A program made the translations under genes and the position numbers. The notes beneath the pieces were generated by a model. The model had not been told where the DNA came from. It made no database searches and saw only the letters and a program-made list of their open reading frames with translations. 40,894 nt of DNA, from contig JAFOBC010000042.1 of NCBI GenBank assembly GCA_017382015.1, positions 1 through 40,894 on the forward strand, in the 5' to 3' direction. This document shows, piece after piece, positions 8,820 through 15,407 of the stretch (position 1 is the stretch's first letter; each line of letters opens with the position of its first letter). Source of the DNA: Clostridia bacterium. Lineage in GTDB: Bacteria; Bacillota; Clostridia; Oscillospirales; Acutalibacteraceae.

Positions 8820-11009
8820 TTATTTGTCTGTGATAATTAAGCCATTTCGAATTCTGACTTCAAACGTTTTTTTGATGTCATTACTCGAAGTGCCTGCTGA
8901 AATTGTATAGTCGCCGTTATGCATACCGTATTTCAGCTGTCGGTTATAATAGAAAAATGCATCATCAGGTATTTCAACAGTAATATCAAGTAATTCTTCC
9001 TTGTTAAGTCTGAAGCGCTTGTATGCTTTCAGTTCTTTTAAAGGCATAACAACATCGCAGTTTCTTCCTGAAAAATAAATCTGAATTACCTCTTCGCCGT
9101 CAAAATCACCTGTGTTTTTTACTGAAAAGCTTATCTTCAGCTTATTCTCTGTATTATTAAGAATGAAGTTATCAAACTCAAAGGTTGTGTAACTCAATCC
9201 GTATCCGAAGGGATAAAGAGGTGAGCCGTCATTGTCAACATAGCCGTAACCTCTGCCTGATGGCTTCATTGAATAGAACAAGGGAAGCTGACCTACGCTT
9301 CTCGGAAAAGTTATCGGAAGCTTACCAGATGGATTTGTTTGACCGAAAATTATTTCTGTTATTGCCTGCGCCCCCTGCTCACCGGGATACCAGGCCTCAA
9401 TAATTGCAGGACAGTTTTCAATCCATGCTGACATATCAACAGGTGAACCATTAAGCAGAATAACTGCAGAATTTTTATTTGACCTGCACATTTTACAAAT
9501 ACTTTCTTCCTGGTCTGTTTTAAGGTCAAATTCATTGGTTCCGACTATTATTGCATTTTCATTTTTTTGTTTTGCTTTGGTAACACCCGGCAATCTGATA
9601 TCCGAGCGATCCATTCCTTCACCCTCTATAAGTGAAGTGAAATATAAAGCGGCATCACAAATGGGAGCTATACTTTCAATTTTATCGTCATCGGCGAAGA
9701 TAACTTCAGAATATCCGTCAAGATATTCTTTAATGTACTGCAACGGTGTTTTTGCATCGTCGGCAGTCCATTTTACTCTGAATGGGCCTGAATAATTTTC
9801 ACCTACAGGCAAAAGCGTTGCTCCGAGTCCGAAAACTGCAATTTTTCTGATTTGGTTTTTGCTCAAAGGCAGAACGTTTTCATTTTTAAGAAGTACAATT
9901 GATTTTCTTGCAGCGTCAAGCGCCATTCTTTGGTGTTCGGCGCATCTTACAACCTCGGAAGCTTTCTTACTGTCTCCGTAAGGATTTTCCAGTATTCCTG
10001 CTTTAAATTTTGCCGTGAGCACTCTCAGAGCGGCATTATCTATATCCGATTCCTCTATATAGCCGTTATCAAGAGCCTCTTTTATATTATCGAATGAATT
10101 ATGCGGGAAGTTAATATCCAGACCTGCTTTGAGGCTTTCTGCCTGCGCTTTTGCTGAAGAATCGAAAAGTCTGTGAGCATAACATATGTTATCAACTCCG
10201 CCGTAATCGGAAACAACAAAGCCGTCAAAGCCCCATTCCTTGCGAAGAATGTCAGTAAGCAGATATTTATTACACGAACAAGGAACTCCGTCCCAGCTAT
10301 TGTATGCTGCCATTACGGACATCGCTCCGCCTTCTTTTATACATTTTTCAAAGGGACGGAGATAGACTTCACGCATAGTGCGTTCACTTGTGTCGGATAC
10401 GTTGGAATCTCTTCCTCCGTAAGAATAGTTGTCTGCAAAATGCTTTGGGGTTGCTATTACACCGTTTTTCTGCAATCCTCTGCAGACTGCGGCGCCCATA
10501 TCAGCGTTGAGAAGTACATCCTCTCCGAATGTTTCTACAGTTCTGCCCCAACGGCAGTCACGCACTACATTGACAACAGGAGTAAGAGCTTGTCTGACAC
10601 CTGCAACAGCACATTCCTTTCCGATAACCTCAGCTATTTTTTCAACTGCTTCACTGTCGAACATTGAAGCCATTGCTATAGGCTGAGGGAAACAGGTCGC
10701 CATGCCCCACTGAGCTCCATGCAGAGCTTCACCGTGTTCAAGCGGTGGGATAGAGTGGGAATTGCCTTCAGCTACACACCTGATTTCATTATTGATAGCC
10801 TCGGTAACCTCCTCGGGTGATAAAGGCTTACCCTTGCTTTCATGCAGGAAATGACCGATATTACGGCAGTTTCCGACCTTATAGTTTCTTTTTGAATAAT
10901 AATCATCTCTGATGGGATACACCATCTGACAGCAAATCTGATATATCTTTTCATCAAGTGATAAGTCTGACAATAATTCTCTTGCTTTGATTTCTGCCGT
11001 TTTTATCAT
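8820..11009 (-). CDS. glycoside hydrolase family 3 beta-glucosidase/beta-xylosidase-like enzyme
   Basis: 729 aa. GH3 hallmarks include KHFADNYS, the nucleophile block GFDGFVVSDYGG, and the C-terminal GYGLSYTTFEF with an Fn3-like end (IQIYFS...LKAYKRF). Confidence 0.85.
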   Translation of the reverse strand: MIKTAEIKARELLSDLSLDEKIYQICCQMVYPIRDDYYSKRNYKVGNCRNIGHFLHESKGKPLSPEEVTEAINNEIRCVAEGNSHSIPPLEHGEALHGAQWGMATCFPQPIAMASMFDSEAVEKIAEVIGKECAVAGVRQALTPVVNVVRDCRWGRTVETFGEDVLLNADMGAAVCRGLQKNGVIATPKHFADNYSYGGRDSNVSDTSERTMREVYLRPFEKCIKEGGAMSVMAAYNSWDGVPCSCNKYLLTDILRKEWGFDGFVVSDYGGVDNICYAHRLFDSSAKAQAESLKAGLDINFPHNSFDNIKEALDNGYIEESDIDNAALRVLTAKFKAGILENPYGDSKKASEVVRCAEHQRMALDAARKSIVLLKNENVLPLSKNQIRKIAVFGLGATLLPVGENYSGPFRVKWTADDAKTPLQYIKEYLDGYSEVIFADDDKIESIAPICDAALYFTSLIEGEGMDRSDIRLPGVTKAKQKNENAIIVGTNEFDLKTDQEESICKMCRSNKNSAVILLNGSPVDMSAWIENCPAIIEAWYPGEQGAQAITEIIFGQTNPSGKLPITFPRSVGQLPLFYSMKPSGRGYGYVDNDGSPLYPFGYGLSYTTFEFDNFILNNTENKLKISFSVKNTGDFDGEEVIQIYFSGRNCDVVMPLKELKAYKRFRLNKEELLDITVEIPDDAFFYYNRQLKYGMHNGDYTISAGTSSNDIKKTFEVRIRNGLIITDK

Positions 11010-11118
11010 ATACTCACTTCCGTAAATACGCTTACATCCGAATTATAGCATTACTGCAATCTATTTTCAATAAAAAACCACACAGTAAAACTGCACGGTA
11101 AATAATAAAGTTTTGTAA

Positions 11119-11358
11119 TGCAATCATGATAGTCTAGATTGGAAATTGCTTTCCGTTGACGAAATGTATAATCGTGTAACAAGCAAAATACAAAACGGTT
11201 CAATACTTTTGTTTCATAATGGTGTTGAAAATACTCCCGAAACACTTGATAAAATCCTCACAAAATTAGAAAAAGACGGCTACGAATTCGTAACCGTCAG
11301 TGAATTGATTTATTGGGATGATTATGAAACAGACCATATGAGAAGACAGTGGAAATAA
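11119..11358 (+). pseudogene. 3' remnant of a CE4 polysaccharide deacetylase gene
   Basis: The frame is open only from 11119. It encodes ..HDSLDWKLLSVDEMYNRV...GSILLFHNGVENTPETLDKILTKLEKDGYEFVTVSELI, which is the C-terminal third of PdaA/NodB-type deacetylases. The catalytic N-terminal part is absent and there is no SD. Confidence 0.6.
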
Positions 11359-11452
11359 AAGACAGTGCAGTGCAGCACCGTCTTGTTTCATATTTTTTAA
11401 AGGCACAGAAGCATACCTGTGTATTTTGTTAATGTTTTGCCAATTCATATAA

Positions 11453-12292
11453 TTAATCAGACATCAATGTTATTGTTCCTGTAGCCCTTGTAGAGGTTAT
11501 ATTTTTAGCATACCGTGTTATATATCCGGTTGTTTCGTCGCCACCGCCCCAACAACCGCCGGAAAAGTAACAACCGTCATAATAATTATTATCATTATCA
11601 GTAAAATTGCATATAAAAGTTCGTTTTTCAGCAAAATAACTTTGTTCACCTGTCAATGTATAGTTTCCGGTTGAGCTGTCATAAGTGTAAGATTCAACAT
11701 AATCATCGTAAGACAATTCTATGGAAACATCAATAGATGCAAGTTTTTCAATATACTTCTCTTTTAAAAATAATTTAAATGCAATGCTAAAATCCTGCGG
11801 AGTACCATAATCACCAAAACTATTTTTTTTAGCATTGTTGATAATTTTCACTTCAAAGTATTGTTCCCAATTTTCAGTGGTAATTGTTATTTGTTGGGTC
11901 TTTGCTTTTAAATTACAATTTAAACAAACACCTTTAACAAAGTTATGACCCAAAGCAGAGCCATTGGTTTCACCACAAGAGCATTTTGCAGGTTCAGTAC
12001 AGGTAGCCGCTGAATACCTGTGGGTGTGGGAAGTCTCTATTATGGGTGGTGTGGTAGTAAAAGGCATTGTAACAGCCGATTCGGTGCTCTCAGTGTATTC
12101 TTCGCCTGTGGTAATCTCGGCAATACCCTGTGTGTTATCCTCTGAACCATCCGTAGCGTTAACGGTACTATCTGTTGGGATTGTTGTTACTTCTGTAATT
12201 TCACCTGTGGAGGTACTTTCGTTATCTCCACCGCAAGCATTCAATACAAAGAGCATACATATAACTAGGAGCACTGCAATTATTTTCTTCAT
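11453..12292 (-). CDS. lipoprotein, unknown function
   Basis: 279 aa. The lipobox is MKKIIAVLLVICMLFVLNAC-GG, followed by a T/E/S-rich linker and a Cys-rich segment (CTEPAKCSCGETNGSALGHNFVKGVCLNC). Confidence 0.7.
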   Translation of the reverse strand: MKKIIAVLLVICMLFVLNACGGDNESTSTGEITEVTTIPTDSTVNATDGSEDNTQGIAEITTGEEYTESTESAVTMPFTTTPPIIETSHTHRYSAATCTEPAKCSCGETNGSALGHNFVKGVCLNCNLKAKTQQITITTENWEQYFEVKIINNAKKNSFGDYGTPQDFSIAFKLFLKEKYIEKLASIDVSIELSYDDYVESYTYDSSTGNYTLTGEQSYFAEKRTFICNFTDNDNNYYDGCYFSGGCWGGGDETTGYITRYAKNITSTRATGTITLMSD

Positions 12293-12485
12293 TTTCTCTT
12301 TCCTCCTAAATTTTAAAAAATATGATATTAAATACTATAACATCTATTACATAAACTTACAAGAAAAATACAATTATGACATAAAAATAATTTTCTATTG
12401 TATCAAATGATGAAAATCTCAAATGAATAGGTGTTTTTGGTATGAAAAAATGTGTATGATGGTGCCGTGAAAAATATGTTTTAGG

Positions 12486-12512
12486 TAATCCGTTATAATC
12501 ATTCATACCAGA
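12486..12512 (+). repeat. direct repeat DR-B copy 2
   Basis: It matches 8685-8711 (26/27). No plus-strand gene precedes this copy. Confidence 0.8.
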
Positions 12513-12514
12513 TA

Positions 12515-12550
12515 AAACAGATACTCAGCCGAGTGTCTGTTTTATTTTTT
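12515..12550 (+). terminator. orphan terminator hairpin attached to DR-B copy 2
   Basis: 12-bp stem aaacagatactc/gagtgtctgttt (one G.U pair) followed by a T-rich run. No plus-strand CDS lies upstream. Confidence 0.5.
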
Positions 12551-12563
12551 ATAAATTACAATG

Positions 12564-12606
12564 AAAAAACACTTCTGAAACCCAACCGGCGACAGAAGTG
12601 TTTTTT
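12564..12606. terminator. bidirectional terminator ending the minus-strand toxin/immunity operon
   Basis: aaaaaacacttctg...cagaagtgtttttt is read on the minus strand as stem plus T6, 82 nt after the stop at 12688. Confidence 0.7.
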
Positions 12607-12687
12607 GTTAAACATCTTAACTTAAATCAATCAAAGGCTAATAATTATCACAAAAAGATAACCTTGATAACATTCATCAACACAGAG

Positions 12688-13323
12688 TTAATTTTCAAGA
12701 AAATCCAAAGCTTTTTTGTACTTTTCAAGACGAGCAAAATCCGCTTCACCGGGATTTTTGATTCTTGAGATATCCATATTGTGTTTGATATCAGCCATTT
12801 TTACATGCCATGCGTTGCTATCCATCTTTACTGTTTTCAGATAATCCTCATATGAAACACCGTCAGTCTTTGTGAGTATACGTATAGAATTTACGATTCT
12901 GTATGTAAAACCCATTTCAATAAGCTCTTCCGGCGTAACATCAGTATCCTCAATCACATCATGCAAATACGCAACAATTTTGTGTTCGGTGCTCTCAAGC
13001 GAAGCCGCTACTGCCTGCGGATGCAAAAAATAAGGGTTGCCGCCTTTATCATATTGCCCCTCATGAGATACTGCCGAAACCTTAATCGCCAAACCAAGGA
13101 GACGGTTTAACAAAAGCCGTCTTTCCTCGAGTAATACCATAGCTTCATCTTCGGATATAATAACATATTGATCAAACTTAACATCATCAGGCCACATATA
13201 ACGCGCCATTATGCCGCTGCGCACCCATTTTTCTGCACCAAAATGATATACATATCGTTTTCCGTCATCATCTTTGACAACCTCATTCGCATTAAGCTTA
13301 TCCGTTAACTTATAGTAAATCAT
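12688..13323 (-). CDS. HD-domain small alarmone hydrolase (SpoT/Mesh1-type), probable immunity/antitoxin to the upstream RSH toxin
   Basis: 211 aa. NPYFLHPQAVAASLESTEHKIVAYLHDVIEDTDVTPEELIEMGF matches the H..HD..ED(T) hydrolase motifs of RelA/SpoT HD domains. An extra N-terminal domain of about 85 aa is present. Its start overlaps the upstream stop (ATGA at 13320-13323). Confidence 0.75.
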   Translation of the reverse strand: MIYYKLTDKLNANEVVKDDDGKRYVYHFGAEKWVRSGIMARYMWPDDVKFDQYVIISEDEAMVLLEERRLLLNRLLGLAIKVSAVSHEGQYDKGGNPYFLHPQAVAASLESTEHKIVAYLHDVIEDTDVTPEELIEMGFTYRIVNSIRILTKTDGVSYEDYLKTVKMDSNAWHVKMADIKHNMDISRIKNPGEADFARLEKYKKALDFLEN

Positions 13324-14249
13324 CTGTTTCGCACCTTCTCTATACCTTTCGGTCTTTCCATCTTTGATGAAAGTTCTGCCATTTTTTCGTCAAGCTCTAT
13401 TGCTTTGGGATTATCATCTGCCATTGTTCGACGTTGCTCGTACAGCGCATGTAATTCTCCGTTTTTTAAATCAAAGCTCTCTTGCGTATGAAACTGAACC
13501 TCAAAAGATTGCCCTTCAGGATTGGTGAGAACCGCATTTATACCACGGTAAGTTGCATTCTCGTTATCCCATGTGTTTTTCACTCTGTCTACTGTATACC
13601 CTCTTGACTCAAAATCACTAAGACAAGCATTGGTTCCGTCTGCAAGTTCATCCGGAGAATAAACCGCCGTATAGCGTATAACATCATTCATATCCTGAAC
13701 ATCAACATGCTCGCCGGAACCACGGTCATACATTTTTTCATATGTAGAAGACGGTGTTTTCACCCTATATTCAAGACCCTGAAGTTCCGCCATATTTTTT
13801 TCTGCTACATTTTTAACATCATTGGTAATTGCCGGCTCCCTTTCAATGATATCAAAGTAGGAGTTCTTTTCATCGGCGGACATTTTACCAAGCGCTTCAA
13901 CTTGTTTGGCTTTTGATTCATCTGACATTTTATCAAAGCACGCCGGCAATTCATGTTTCGAAGAAATCTCACTTTCTTTTGCAGTTCCTCCCTCAACAGC
14001 ACCGTCAGTTTTTTCTCCATACGAAAAAGCTTTCTGACGCTCAGCATTTTGAGCAGGATTCTCACGAGAAGAACTCATCAATTCAGTTTCATATTCACTT
14101 GCGCCGCCTCTGAAATCGCACAATTCCCGGCTAGCTTCATTCGAACAAAGCTCGGTATTGGCGTCCGAAGTTTCAACAGCTTCGCTTCCGCTTTCTCCGC
14201 CCGCATCAACACTTGTTGATGAAGAATCGCCGTCTCGTAAATCAGACAT
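13320..14249 (-). CDS. RelA/SpoT-homologue synthetase-fold toxin (toxSAS-like) with acidic N-terminal leader
   Basis: 309 aa. Synthetase-fold motifs appear in order: YRVKTPSSTYEK (R.K..S...K), NDVIRYTAV (D..G.R-like), TYRGINAVL (GYR..H-like), FEVQFHTQES (E.Q..T) and HALYE. The first ~120 aa are acidic and low-complexity. The SD is GAGGTGG. Confidence 0.7.
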   Translation of the reverse strand: MSDLRDGDSSSTSVDAGGESGSEAVETSDANTELCSNEASRELCDFRGGASEYETELMSSSRENPAQNAERQKAFSYGEKTDGAVEGGTAKESEISSKHELPACFDKMSDESKAKQVEALGKMSADEKNSYFDIIEREPAITNDVKNVAEKNMAELQGLEYRVKTPSSTYEKMYDRGSGEHVDVQDMNDVIRYTAVYSPDELADGTNACLSDFESRGYTVDRVKNTWDNENATYRGINAVLTNPEGQSFEVQFHTQESFDLKNGELHALYEQRRTMADDNPKAIELDEKMAELSSKMERPKGIEKVRNR

Positions 14250-14268
14250 AATATAACCACCTCAAAAT

Positions 14269-14673
14269 TTATGCTCCCAAAAAGCGTTGTAAAACGTAAC
14301 CGAATAAGTCGATATTCAAGGGGACAATATCATTATTACCTGCAACAAACCTATAAACAAGGTCATTTGAATCAACCAGATAAAAATCGCCGTCGCCCTG
14401 ATCTTCAACTGCAATTAAATTTCTTGTTTTATCAAAACTGCTATGAAGCCACAGGGTTTTGACAACCATATCGGAATTAACACCTTGACCATTATTTATA
14501 CCAAACAGCTCTATATGTTTATATCCCAAATAACCATATTCCAAAACGTACTTTTTCAGCTGTTCGCCAAAAGTTACCCCTGTTTTGGACTCCATCTCAG
14601 AAATCCTGTCTGCAGATATTCTGTTAAACGTGTAATCAACGTCATTGTTTTTTACAAACTCAATTAACATCAT
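14269..14673 (-). CDS. SMI1/KNR4 (SUKH-1) family immunity protein
   Basis: 134 aa. It has the typical SUKH layout: I.E.E...GV.F.EQLKKYVLEYGYLGY...ELFGIN, then a later acidic block with DGDFYLVD. It starts 6 nt after the nuclease-toxin gene, behind an AAGGAGG SD. Confidence 0.7.
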   Translation of the reverse strand: MMLIEFVKNNDVDYTFNRISADRISEMESKTGVTFGEQLKKYVLEYGYLGYKHIELFGINNGQGVNSDMVVKTLWLHSSFDKTRNLIAVEDQGDGDFYLVDSNDLVYRFVAGNNDIVPLNIDLFGYVLQRFLGA

Positions 14674-14679
14674 TACAAA

Positions 14680-15393
14680 TCAACCTCCTTTGGCTCTTGA
14701 TTTCCAGTGTTCAGGTCTTTCAACATTGTTATAATGATTACTCTTCTGCGAGTCGTTTCTCCAGCTTTCACCATCTTTTGTATGCAAGGATGAATAACAG
14801 TTTCCGTGTTCGCTGTCCGCCGTAAGTTCGGCTAAAGGAGAATCATAATCTTGACCTATATGATGCAATTCTATTCTTTCACCGGTTTTAGCATCATACG
14901 GAGCGCGGCCTTTTTCCATCAATTCTCTGTTTGTCATACCGGATTTAGGATCAACATAATCCATATCAATTTTATCTCTCACAAGGCAAACTCTGCCATC
15001 GACATTTTCTTCCCTCAGGTTTGCTTTCTGATAAACTTCAAGCTCTTCAACCGATGAAATATGTTCATTTACTTCATCTGAATAGTTACTTTTTTCGTTT
15101 ATTTCCGCTCTTATTTCCTCAGGGCTTTTTTCACCCTCCACAGAGGGCTGTTCGGCAGCCTCTTCGTTTGTTGAATCGGGTTTTGCAGTTTCTTTGGTAT
15201 TCTGTTTTTCGCCTTCAACCAACTCTGCATTTTCTGATTTTTCCGCTCCGGCAACCAACTCTTGATTGGCTTCTTCGCCTTCTTTGCCGCTATAGAGCTC
15301 AGTTGCAGCATCATTAGCTTCAACAGACGATTCGTTTGCCGAATCCGAAGAACCGCTGCTTACCGATACATCTGAACCGTCTTCTGAACACAT
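14680..15393 (-). CDS. HNH/EndoVII-fold nuclease toxin of the LHH type with acidic N-terminal leader
   Basis: 237 aa. The C-terminal ~90 aa contain GERIELHHIGQDYDSPLAELTADSEHGN...LH, with the LHH codons at 14860-14868. The N-terminal ~120 aa are S/E-rich. The SD is AAGGAGG. Confidence 0.7.
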   Translation of the reverse strand: MCSEDGSDVSVSSGSSDSANESSVEANDAATELYSGKEGEEANQELVAGAEKSENAELVEGEKQNTKETAKPDSTNEEAAEQPSVEGEKSPEEIRAEINEKSNYSDEVNEHISSVEELEVYQKANLREENVDGRVCLVRDKIDMDYVDPKSGMTNRELMEKGRAPYDAKTGERIELHHIGQDYDSPLAELTADSEHGNCYSSLHTKDGESWRNDSQKSNHYNNVERPEHWKSRAKGG

Positions 15394-15407
15394 AACAACA
15401 ATCCTCC

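Noticed and set aside
11051-11245. 64-aa minus-strand ORF between the GH3 gene and the CE4 relic
   Set aside because: It has no SD, overlaps the recognisable CE4 C-terminal frame on the other strand, and has AT-rich promoter-like sequence.
11964-12410. 148-aa plus-strand ORF overlapping the lipoprotein gene start
   Set aside because: It is antisense to a lipobox-bearing CDS and runs into AT-rich intergenic sequence. It has no SD.
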